The position numbers and the translations under genes are program-made. Shown here piece after piece: positions 37,908 through 49,412 of a stretch of 64,000 bases of DNA. Source of the stretch: Paraspadella gotoi (Eukaryota; Animalia; Chaetognatha); assembly GCA_051294375.1 (NCBI GenBank), contig CM119267.1:16282543-16346542 (forward strand), read 5' to 3'. The number at the start of each line of letters is the position of its first letter. The first letter of the stretch is position 1. Under the pieces are notes generated by a model that made no database searches, was not told the origin of the DNA, and was given only the letters and a program-made list of their open reading frames with translations.

Positions 37908-38735
37908 ATGACGGAAAAGACTTTTCGTGGTACTGGCTCGGTCGAAGCCCGTTTGAACGAGGAGAGCGACGATTACCCAAACTCCCTATTATCGCAAAAG
38001 CGAAGATCCATCCCTCACGAGAAGGTGGCCGCTTTTCTCGACGACCAGCCGCTCAAGCTGGAACACAAGCGGGCGCGAAATCGGGAAGCAGCTTCTCGCT
38101 GCCGCAAGCGAAAGCTTGATCGAATCGCCGCCCTGGAAACGAGAGTCGCCGAGCTAAACGAAACTAACGAGAGGCTCTTGGAAATCACTTCGATTTTACG
38201 GTCGCAGGTAACCGGTAGTCTCCGATATACTTTCGCGATATACTTTCGCCGACCCCGGCTTTTGACGTCTTTTAACTATTACAAATATATAAAAAATATT
38301 TATTTAATGCAGTTCCCATTATATTGACATTTGAATTTGGTCGGCGATTGCGTATCACATTTTCTAAAACAATGCATGCTGTTTTAGGTGACGCGCCTCA
38401 AACAAGCAGTTATTGAACACGTGACCTCCGGTTGTGACGTCAGTCTTTCTCCGCTTCTCGACGCGTCACCACAACGAGATTCACCACCTCTCTTCAAACC
38501 CTCTTTGATCGCTTCCGAACTGAAATATAACGTGGCTCATTGCGACGTTATCGCCCACGCAGCACATTCACCGACACGACCTTTGCGCTCCCCTCCCCCT
38601 CCGCTTTCCGATTCTCCGGAAGTGGAAGACGTTTGCCTCAACTTGACGGTCTCTTCGTGTCGAAGCCCCGATCTGAAAGAGGTCGTTGAAGAAGAAGGGG
38701 TTTACGAGGAAAATGGTAATTTGGTTAAGAGATGA
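37908..38735 (+). CDS. Jun-like bZIP transcription factor, 2 exons, about 215 aa
   Basis: Exons 37908-38207 and 38388-38735 (phase 0) join to give KRARNREAASRCRKRKLDRIAALETRVAELNETNERLLEITSILRSQ|VTRLKQAVIEHVTSGC. This aligns without gaps to the Jun bZIP [25 protein letters not shown]...QVAQLKQKVMNHVNSGC. Confidence 0.85.
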
Positions 38736-39407
38736 CACCCCCGCACCCTCACGATTGACTTCTCAGAACGAGGCAAAGCCGGAACGAAGCACCTCAGATT
38801 ATTATTATCAACTGATCTCTAGTCAGGTTTAGGTTATTTTGACGCTTAAACTGTATGCGACACTTTTGAAATGCATTTCATGCTTGCAAAATTACGAATC
38901 GCGAATTTCATCAATAGAAAATGTAACCGTTTTGAACTTTCGCTTGTAATACCCTTGATACTAATAAATAGAATACATGATATGTAATAAGATTTTTTAC
39001 TTTAGGGCATCTTATTACCATATATGATTATTTTGGAAAATCTTTCTGTGGATTAGACAGGTTATCATAAATAGAACTTATATACAGAGCTAGTCGAGAA
39101 CTAGGTTAATGCTAATAATTTAATAAGTAAATACTACACTTGCACAATTCTTTATGAAGGTTTATATTTTATTTTTAAAAAGTAGCCCGACCCGAAGGTT
39201 TTTTATAAAAAATTTTCTACACCGTTTCCTGGCATAAATAAAAGGAAAACCAAACCAAATTAAAGAATTGTTAAACTAAGCATTAAAATAATCTGATTAG
39301 CAGATTATGCATGTGAAGAACGGAACCGGAATAAATCGCTTCTGAAGTGTGCTCACTCTTCATTCGTAAAAAAACCTAACTTCCCGAAAAAATCACTGGA
39401 AAAAAAA

Positions 39408-41554
39408 ATGTCCATCACTTCAGAGCAAAAACGGGAAAAACAGTGGTCAACTTTTGCCGACCTTTCTCTCTTCGAAACAGCGTTCTACTCTATCTGCAGC
39501 ATCGCCTACCTGACCTACATTTGCTGCCGAACATTTCTCGCGGCACCCAAGATCTTCAAAATATCAGCAGCCAATTACTTTGCCAACGAGACGGACTGGA
39601 ACTTCAAGATGTCGACGGACGGATGGCGCTGGTTGGGGCCAGCCAAAGACAACCGCGATCTGGAATGGACGATTCTTGGCTTTTTGCTCCAGCAGCACCT
39701 TCACTTGTACGTCGGTCATTCTGTCGCGTCAGCGGCGCTGCGTCGAGCAGGAGTCTCCCATCGCGCCCGTCTGACTATTCTCACGATGGGAGCCGTGGTG
39801 GGCGTCTGTCGCGTCATTGGCGCCCCTTCAGTTTTTAGGTTTAGACTTGTTTACTATAACTAAAGTCTGTTAGAGTATTCTGTAATTATAATTTATGAAA
39901 CAATGTTCATATTGTTACATCCGTTGAGCATGGCTCGTCGCTTCAATTCCGCCACGCGGGACTGTCTGCAAGAAGGCGAGGGTTTTTAACGCAGTTTGAA
40001 AGAAATTTTTAAGCCAAAGTCTAAGAGCGATTTTTAATTTTTCCCTTCGTCTTCAGCCAAATGATTTTCGCCATTTTCGCCCTCATCGTCACTCGCCTCA
40101 CCCGTCGTCTTTTTTGCGTCTGGATGACGACCCTGTCTGGATTGGCCATCCTGCAATACGGCCACATTCTGCTTGGCAGTCATTGGGATCCTGAGAAGCT
40201 TTTTATTTGGGTCATCACGGGAACGTTGACGGTCAACCGAGCTCATAGCTTTTGCCACGAGTTCCTGGCTTCGGAGAGAGAGGGCGCTGGTGATCAGAAG
40301 ACCGGCATCGCCCAGTTCGGCTTCCTAGATCTCGTCAATTACGTTTTCTACTTTCCACTATTTTTCTACGGACCCGTCATGAGCTACAATCAGTTCGTCG
40401 ACGACCTCGAAAGGGATTATGATGGATCGAGATCTATTTCGCTCCGCTCTCTCGTTTGGCAGCTGCTGCGCTTTGCCTTTTGGATCTTGTTTCTAGAGTG
40501 CTTTCTTTTCAGGTTTTTTTGTCTCTTTCTCTTTCCGGCCATCCTTCCTTTGTTGTCTTTATTTATATCACGAAGTCACTGCTAAGTAACATCACAGGTT
40601 TTACGTAAACGTGGCCATCGGGGAGCCCCGCATACTCTGGCGCCTCGACCCGTGGGAATTGGCCGGAGTTGGATTTCTCGCCGGTCAATTCTTTTACGCC
40701 AAGTACCTCGTCATCTACGGTCTACACGGCGTCCTCGCCGCGGTCGACGGAATGTCGACGCCCTCTCCGCCCAAGTGCTCCGCGCGCCTTTACCTCACCT
40801 CGGACATGCTGCAAAACTTCGACAAGGGCTTCTACAACTTTGTCAAGCGCTACATTTACCAGCCGTTGGGAGGGTCACGCCGCGGGGTCGCGCACAGGGT
40901 CGCTTCGGTGTTCTGCTGTTTTCTCTATATCTTCGTGTGGCACGGGAGTCAGCGGTAGGTTCAATTCTTTTGTAAAGAAGGAAGTCGAAATAAGAGACGA
41001 AATTAAATTACTATTTACAAATTTTTTTAAAAGTATTAATTGTTGTGTGTGAACGATCGCCGCATCGCATTCTAATTCATTTTGTATCGCTTTTTCGTCC
41101 TAAAACAAAAGCGCAAAAATAGTTCATAACTAACTAATGCCACCAAAATTCTAGGTACGTTCTTTACTGGTCGCTGGCGAACTTCGTAGGCGTGGTGGCC
41201 GAGTCCGTGGGTCGAGCGGCGTTGCGAACCGACTCTGCTCGCGAGTGGGAGCGTCGCCTTGGGTCTCGCATGTGGCGCCGGCTAAGGGTGCTGGCTGCCC
41301 TGCCCTTTTTCTGCTCATTGGCTATCGGGATGTTTATGTTTTTCGGGATGAACGAGGAAGTGGGGACGGTTTATCGCCAGAGATTCATCGATGAGGGTTT
41401 ATTCTCCGGACATTTTTTCGTCGCCATCTTCGCCATGTTCTGTCAGGCGCAGGCCGCCGTGACGATCTACAAATTCGAAGAGACCGGAAAAATCGCAGAT
41501 CGAGTCGTGTCAATTACATTTTGGTCTCGGGTCGAGAATATTAAAATGGAATAG
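39408..41554 (+). CDS. HHAT: Hedgehog acyltransferase/rasp-like MBOAT protein-cysteine N-palmitoyltransferase
   Basis: Exons 39408-39838, 40057-40512, 40598-40954 and 41155-41554, all with phase-compatible junctions. Motifs: D.RDLEW, YVFYFPLFFYGPVMSYNQF, GQFFYAKYLVIYG, NFDKGFYNFVKRYIYQPLGG, and FVWHG (catalytic His). Confidence 0.88.
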
Positions 41555-41816
41555 AATAGTTTTGATGTATCCGCCAATTAATTTGATAACTTTTACTAAT
41601 ATTAAAATGGTCTGAAACAATGAACAATGTAATTTCTTTCGTTTTTCGATTCCGTCAAGAATGAAATACTTTTTTAGTTCGATGTAGCGGTGGAATCTTA
41701 TGCCAGATGGTATTATTAGTAGTAGAAGTAGTAGAAGAGTAGAAGCCAAGCTTATTTTCATGACTTAACCCACTCCCACCCACTTACGCGATTCCCAATC
41801 GCCGAAAAAATCAAAG

Positions 41817-44800
41817 ATGAAAACGAAATACGAAGAGAACCTGAAATGTCGGGACATGGAGAGAGTCCGCGTCGTCAAGTACATCGTCCGCGACAGCATC
41901 AAGCAAAATTCCTTCGATTCGGAATACGTCGTCGGCGAGGAGATCTTCGACGGCGTCCGTCCATCTTGCTTTCCCTTTCCGGATCTGCCACCTTTGCCGA
42001 CGGAGCCGTCGCCGGGGTGATGCTCCTCGATTATTTTTTTTTTCTTCGACCACTCTGAACCCATTTTTTTCCCCCTTTGTCTTTTGTTTCCTTTCCTTCT
42101 TTTACATTCCCTGGTAAATCTTTCTCAATGTTTTAGTTACGGAAACCATGTTACAGTTTTCTAGAAATAATGGCGGCCAAGCTTCGAGCCGAAGAAGAGG
42201 GAGAGGGAGGGGAGGGTGAAGGAATAGCGAAGGAGACGGCGCCGGAAGGAGAAGAGGGCGGATTCGAGTCGGACGAGGAGCCCAACGTCTATGACGAGTT
42301 CGATATGGAAGGTGTGACTGGCTTAGAATTATATTGATTGCTTATTCATATAATCATTTATTTATTTATTCATTTGCTTAATTATTCATTTACTTGTCTT
42401 AATCGAAAGAGAATGAGAAAACAAATGAACACCGTTTTTCCGTCGGCGTGTTTCTCCGCAGAAGGGGAAGGAGAGGGAGAGGGAGAAGGTGAAGAAATCG
42501 AAGTAGATTTCGAAGAAGCGAAAGGGTCGATCGTATCTTTCAAAAAGCCTCTCCTCAAAATCGTGTCGCGTCACATGTGCATGAAGAGAGTCCACGTTAA
42601 CGACATCCCCGACTGCAGGTTCTTTCCTCTTTGTCCTTCGTTCCTTCGTTCGGGTAAGGCAAGCCCCCCCCCCACTGATTCTTCCAAGATGTCGACACGA
42701 CAAGTTCTTCGCGGTGAAGCGCCTCTACAAACGAACCGACGTTCGTCTGAGACCGACCGAGGTCTTCCAAGTCTGGCGTCTCGTTCATCCGCATCTCGTT
42801 CGCGTCCACGAAGTCTTCGAAGACAAGTTTTGGATCTTCATCGTCGAGGACCTCGTCGACAGCGTGGACATCATTAGCATGCTCAAAGGTTCCGGGGATT
42901 TCTATTGGTCGACAAAGGGAAATAGAAGGAAACGAAAAAAAGTATAAATAAATTATCGAATTACAGATAAAATAATATCTAATTACAGATCAAATCATAT
43001 AAAAATACAGATGAAAATGTAGATCAGAGAAGGGGAACAAAGAGACTTTTTTTTCTGTCTATACACGTTGTTGCAAACTATATGTTACAAACCATAATCA
43101 GTAACAACTCCGAGCCGCCTTTTTGTACTGTCGAGATAACACCGTCTCGTTTTCAACGGATAATATCTCGAGACCTTTTCGAGTCGGTCCCATTTTCTTC
43201 TTGGTCGTCAGAGGTAGACACCCTTTCTGAGAAGTACGTGGCAGCGTTAACGCGGCAGATGCTGCTCGGTCTGAAGGCGATGCACGACGTGGGCGTGGTT
43301 CACCTCAACCTCACCCCGATGAACGTGATCTTCGATCGCGAGTGGGATCGACTCAGGATCGCCGACATCTGCGTTCATCAGCTCGTGGGGGAGCAATCGT
43401 GGAGAAGAACCATCAAACGGTTTCCAGGTTAAGAATTGGAGAGGGATTTTCAGAGCTGCTGTTAAATCTAGTTTATGAAATTGGTACAACCAATGTAATT
43501 TCAATCGATATAATCATGAAATTGATAATTTACTTGTCTTACGTACTAAAATTAAGATAGAAATATAAAAAAGTAATGAATTTAATTATCAAATTTATTT
43601 TACAAATTGATAAAGGGGAGAGGGATTAAGATTATATGATTGTGTGTGTGTGAGAAAGAGAGAGAGAGAGAGAGAGAGTACGTGTGTGTTTGTCAATTTG
43701 TACAGGTAAAAAAATAAAATCATCTGTTGGCAAAAATGACAAATACAACGAAAGTTAGATGTATACGGAGAACAACTCAATAAGATCTTCTTGTGATTTC
43801 CAACCTACTTACTTCTTTGATATTTTTGCTTTTTTCATTAGGTATTGCATAATTCATATATATCTTGTACTACTGAATAAAAATATCCGAATCGAGAAAT
43901 CCCACGACATTTTTTTCTTCTGATTTTTTGACATGATATTTTTACGTATAAGTTACAAGCAATGAATGAGACGATGCTGGATGATTGCTCCATGATGAAA
44001 ACGTCCTAGAAATTTGTAGAATACAAACTGAAAGTCCCGAAAATGAAGGAGAAAAGAAATATGATGTGCTTCTGATAGCTTTTAACTGAACCAAACATCC
44101 TTTCCATTTCCATTGTGCAGTCCACGTTTTTGGTGGTGTGTGTTGAATAGTCTTTTATAATCACGTTTTATACAATCAACGTTTTTTTTTGGTGGGGGGC
44201 GGATTGTTGAATGGTCTTTTATATCCTTTTTATACCGTTCACGCTTTTGGTGGTTATTGTTAAAAATTCTTTTATATCGCTGTTTAAAGAAAGAGAGACA
44301 CTACTAGCCTCAATATCTATTGTCTACTATCCATACAATAGTACTGTTAATGTATTTTTGGACTTGATAAACATTCTTTTATCTTTTAAATAAAGAAAGT
44401 GTAAAACTAATAATTTTATTATTTATAATCAACATCGGTAACTGAATATTATCAGTTAAGAAAAGGGCAGTGGAGAGAAACTCCCACGGAACACAACAGT
44501 TGCCAACTCATCCATCATAAATGGAGGTTTAAATCTGTTTTGTTTCAGACAGTACACCTTTTGTTAAAATCCAGGTTTAACTTTAATATTTTGTCGATTG
44601 TTTTCCGAATCGACGGTAATATATTTTAAACGTGACCGTTGTCATCAGGGTTTTTCCCCGCCGGAAATGATGACGGCTCCGTGTTCGGGCCTTCCGTCTC
44701 TGGACATGTGGGCTGTGGGAATAATCGTCTACATGATGGTCACTCTGGGAAAGCAACCCTTTTTGAAGGACGAGGAGGTAAGTGAACTGTATCTCAATAA

Positions 44801-45443
44801 TATTAAAAGTAATGTAATTCGTTATTTACGATCTGTAATTCTTAACAACGGTTCACAACCTAACATCATTCCAGTACTAAATCCGAACGGAATTAATTAC
44901 AATCATTGCGAAATAATTTCCACCGCCAGAGACAGTGGATTACAAAGCGATAATGCGGGGCAAGGTGGATTGGAGGGACGTTAGGGTGTCGAGATCCGGC
45001 AAGGACTTCATCTCCAAACTGCTCGTCCCGGATCCGAAGGCCAGAATGACGGTGGTGGAGGCGCTGCGACATCCTTGGCAGCAGCTCAAGCGGCGCGACC
45101 GTTCGGACATCTACCTCAAGATCGCAGGTTTCGTTTCGCTGTTATTATAGAGAAAACTCGAATCCACACGAAACGTAACCGAATCAAAACAAAACAAACA
45201 AAAAAACATTTCAGAGCTCCCGCCCGAAGAAGGAGAGGGGGAAGAGGAAGAGCCGGACAACTGCGGTTGCGACATCTCGGGTCAGGAGGACTTCGACGAC
45301 GAGTTCGACTCGGACGAGGAATCCTGTCATTGCGACGAACCGCCTTGGGACGAGATCGTGCGGATCGGTGGCGGCGGTTCGGTCTATTGTTTAGTCTCTT
45401 AATCTTTACTAGTCTGGTTGTCTGTCTTTCGTGCTAATTTTTT

Positions 45444-45536
<93 letters not shown>

Positions 45537-48125
45537 TTTTTAAACAAATTAAATCAAGTCCAAATCCCCGTTGGTCCAGGCATCAACGGTCTCAACAACG
45601 TCGGAGTTCGCCTTTTGAAGGATGCCCTCAAGATGGGTCACATTCAAGTGGCGGCGGTCAACGACGCCAGCGTCGGGACCGACATCGACTATTTGCTCTA
45701 TTTGGTCACATCTGGTCAGCGCGTTTCTTCCGTATAATTAATAAATTCAAAAATAAATTCACGGATTGTCCGTCGAATCGTAGATTCTACGAGGGGCCCG
45801 GCTCGACACGTGAACGCCACCTACGAAGATTCTCATCTCGTCGTTCCAGTCGGACTCGGGACAGGAAAGCAGTTGAAGGTATAAGCGTAATCGATTAGAT
45901 ATCGTATAAGCTATTAGATANNNNNNNNNNATCTCGTCGTTCCAGTTGGACTCGGGACAGGAAAGCAGTTGAAGGTATTAGCGTAATCGATTAGTTATCG
46001 TATAAGCTATTAGTTATATTATTATTACTGTTTGTTTAGTTAAATTAAAAGTTAATATCGAATTAGGTCTACTCGATGAACGCTTCGACGCCGGTCCCGT
46101 GGAAGGCGGCCGGCGTGGAATACGTCTTCGAATGCGAGGGCGCCGCCGAAGGCGTCCTGGAGAACCACTTCAAGGGGGGCGCCAAACGAGTCATCGTCTT
46201 GGGCCCCAACTCGGAAAAGTTTCCCAACATCGTCGTCGGATACAACGACGACGAATACAATCGGAAACTCAAGGTTGACTTTTTGCGTTTTTCTTTCCCT
46301 TGTTTGGTTTCTTCCCCCTATTTTTTTTTTATTATTTTATCATTTTTTTTTGGTATCCTTTGATCATTTTTCTTTTCCTTAATCTCCCTTTTCAATCTCC
46401 GTTTCTTACTTTCTCCCATCCATTACTTCTTTTCTCGATCCCCGCCCATTCAAGATCGTCGGATCCCCCGAAGGCGGAGTCTTCTGTCTCCTTCCTCTGC
46501 TCAAGATTCTCCACGAGACTTACGGCGTCCACCAAGTCTTGGCCACCGAAATCAGGCCCTTTTCGGAGAGGTTCATCACTGTCGACGGTCCATCCAAGTA
46601 GGCGCGATCGATGAGAGTTTTGCAGTTGCGGTCCGAAGATTTATGGGCAATTTTTGTCAGGAATTTAAAAAAAAAAAAATTTCACCGACAATCAGGAGCA
46701 AATGGTGGAGGGAAGGACGCGGTTCCGGCCAGAATATGATCCCGACTCCCAACAGCGCTGGAAAAGTCATTGGAGAAGTCTTTAAGAAGCTCAAAGGTGA
46801 GTTGTCAAATTAAAGGAATGGAAAAGTATGACAATTTAATAGTAATGAAAAAAAGTTTTTTGTTATCAATCTAGAATCAACCGACCAATAAAGCAAGCAA
46901 TGTCAATGCCAAGGAACAAATGAATAAAAAAAACTCATCGCCAATTCCAGGAAAAGTCGAATCGATCTCGATTTCCGTCCCGGCGACGGAAGTTACGGCG
47001 ATGGACGCCACGTTCGTGCTGAGCAACGGCGCCGAGTGGCACCACCTCAAGGAGACGCTGGCGTTGGAGGTGGCCAAGGAAAAATATCAAGACGTCATCT
47101 ACCTCAGCGAACACGAGTTGGTATCCACGGTGAGCGATTGGGAGTGCGTGGCGGTTGCTGTGGGTAGATGAGATCTGAGACATCTGAGATTCTTCTTAAA
47201 CAAGTGTCTTGGCGTAGGACTTTCGGGACGAAACGCACGCCTGCGTGTTGGACATGGAAGCCAGCCTCGCGATAAGTAAGACTGCATTGATTTATTGATT
47301 TTTTTTCTCTTTTCTCGTCGATTATGGATTATCGATTATCCACAAGTTCCCTATTTTCATGAACGACAGTCCGTCTTTCCCTCGATCAGTACATTTCATT
47401 CCCCTCCGTTTACAATTTTCAGACGACACATTCTTCAAGCTCGTCGGATGGTTCAACCATCTCGGCGTCTGTTGCCGCGGCGCCTTGGACTTGGCCACCC
47501 GGATGGCGCACATCGACAAGAGAAACGTCAAACTTGCCGACACGGGTCCAACGGCGGGTCAAAGGTCGATAGGGGTTTTATGTTGTTGTATCTGTTTCTC
47601 TTTGACTAAAAAATACTTCATTGTGTCTTTGTCTTTACAAAATCTTTATTTTCTTAAAGAACGGCAGATGTCACTTCTCCTTAAACATTTCACTCAATAA
47701 AAGAACATCGAACTTTTTCCAAAACTTTGTCAAAGCCTTTGTCTTACGAAACACTACAAAACGATTCATACTTCTACGATTTCTCCTGATCCTCGGAGCT
47801 TCTGTATCGACCCTTTAATCCGTTTAATAACTTATTTCGAAGATTGTACGACACCCTCGCTCTGACCGACCCGAAGAAGCGGAGTAAAGGCTATAGCTAC
47901 GATCAAGGAGCCATAGTTATCGCGCGGGAATTGGCGAAAAAGGAGGCGGCCAAAAAAAAGCCCACGGACATTCGGGCCCCGATGAAGAAACCGTCGCAGC
48001 CGCTTCCGCAGCCGCCGCCGCCGCGGACCAGTGCCCCCGCCGCCATATTAACCGGAGAGTTCGGTTTTAAACCGGTGGAGATTCCCGAACCCGTGCCGGA
48101 GGAGGGCGCGGAAGTAGGGACGTGA
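41817..48125 (+). CDS. Predicted ~915-aa fusion: CAMK-type pseudokinase, acidic linker, inactive GAPDH-like domain, Pro/Lys-rich tail (17 exons)
   Basis: Kinase exons: 41817-42016, 42157-42311, 42462-42618, 42689-42888 (FAVK; HPHLVRVHEVFED), 43212-43427 (HLNLTPMN; IADIC), 44649-44777 (PPE; DMWAVGIIVY), 44932-45127 (KDFISKLL..DP..RMT..EAL.HPW). Linker exon: 45215-45367 (ends IVRI). GAPDH-like exons: 45580-45714 (GINGLNNVG; AVND), 45784-45878 (DSTRG), 46067-46273 (PWKAAGVEYVFEC; GGAKRVIV), 46455-46597 (CLLPLLKILHETYG; TVDGPS), 46696-46796 (WREGRGSGQNMIP), 46951-47129, 47218-47275, 47423-47564 (FFKLVGWFN). Tail exon: 47843-48125. One junction (43427/44649) is off by one base. Confidence 0.8.
45931..46010 (+). 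repeat. Gap-adjacent duplicate of 45835-45920 (end of a GAPDH-like exon)
   Basis: ATCTCGTCGTTCCAG...GCAGTTGAAGGTAT is repeated immediately after a 10-N spacer. Confidence 0.8.
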
Positions 48126-49412
48126 AAATAGTTAACTCTCGTTATGATAATTTCTTCCTAAAGTTGTCTTTTTTGGATGTATAATTGTAATTGAGTATAA
48201 TATCTTTTTTTATGAATATAGTCATTAAGATTACTGTCTTTTCATTAAATTAACGAAAAACTAGGCGATCGTCACAGATAGGATTCTATTTCAAACGTAT
48301 TTACAGTCGGTATACACTGTATACAGCTCCAATTCTCCTTGATATACATAGTATACAGTAGGAGGGGCAACAAAAAGCAACAAAGGATCAGGTTGTTTAA
48401 CTATACACTGAATCACACAAATTGACACATAAATAATAAGATAAAATATCCTAATTAGCAAGGACGTTATTTACAAAATACATTTAGTACGTAATCGACA
48501 AGAAAAAAACAGTGTGTTCCAGATAAGTTAATTCTCCGTACGTTTAAGTACAAATAGTTAATTAAGACATAAACGTTCGATTTTTCCCCAATGACTATGC
48601 TAACTGCCGAATTAAAAAATTTGTTTCGAAATAGATAAATTGTTGATATGCCAAACACAGGTTTGGTATACTAAGCTAAGGGTTTTTTTCGGGTGTTAAC
48701 GAATGAGTTTTTTTTTTTTTAAATAATTACAAAGGGCACCATGGATTCGTTAATTTTTTTTTTGTAAACAGAGAGTGAGAAAGGTACCTAGAAGGACATT
48801 CGATTAACTGCAAAAAAGAGAACGTGCCAAAATAAAATTTCATATTAGGCACGAGAAAGTTGGTCATGAAAATTGGTCGAATACAACGCTCTTCGAGAGG
48901 CGTATCAATAAAAGTCAAATAAAAACGTGAAGGAGGTTTTGTTTTTTTATCTCTTAACATGTGGTGTGTCGAAGGAGGCGGTAGAAAAAGAAAACAAGAG
49001 GTGCAGTATCGTAGTAAACAATGGGGTGAAAATGGGAGCGATCGAAATCATCATGAGAGGCGTTAATGTTGTTTTACATCGATTGTTTTTGTTTTTTAAT
49101 GAGATTCATATGGCAACGAGCAAAAAAGAAGCAAAACGAACCATTTTGTCTAAAATTTGTTATAAATTCCGTCGCAAGTTACGAAAAAATACGCAAACAT
49201 TTGAAACAAGAAAAATAATGCTGTGAACGAAGAAGGGTGGAGGGGGCGTTTGTTGGTTTTTATTTTATTTCATTTATTTTTTTTATTTTTTTTTTTTTTT
49301 TGAAAAACGAGGGAGATGGGAAAGTTAACTTCCGGAATCACAAATGACAGGAGTAACTCAATTGGAAAAAGGAAAAAAAAAAAGAAGCTAAGAAAAAAAG
49401 AAATCTAACTCC

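Noticed and set aside
45931-45980. Tandem mutually exclusive exon in the GAPDH-like region
   Set aside because: Partial, near-identical copy directly after a 10-N spacer, typical of an unmerged contig overlap.
45580-47564. Processed GAPDH pseudogene or ordinary glycolytic GAPDH
   Set aside because: It spans eight exons with no stops or frameshifts, so it is not a retrocopy, and the catalytic Cys and His are replaced, so it is not the housekeeping enzyme.
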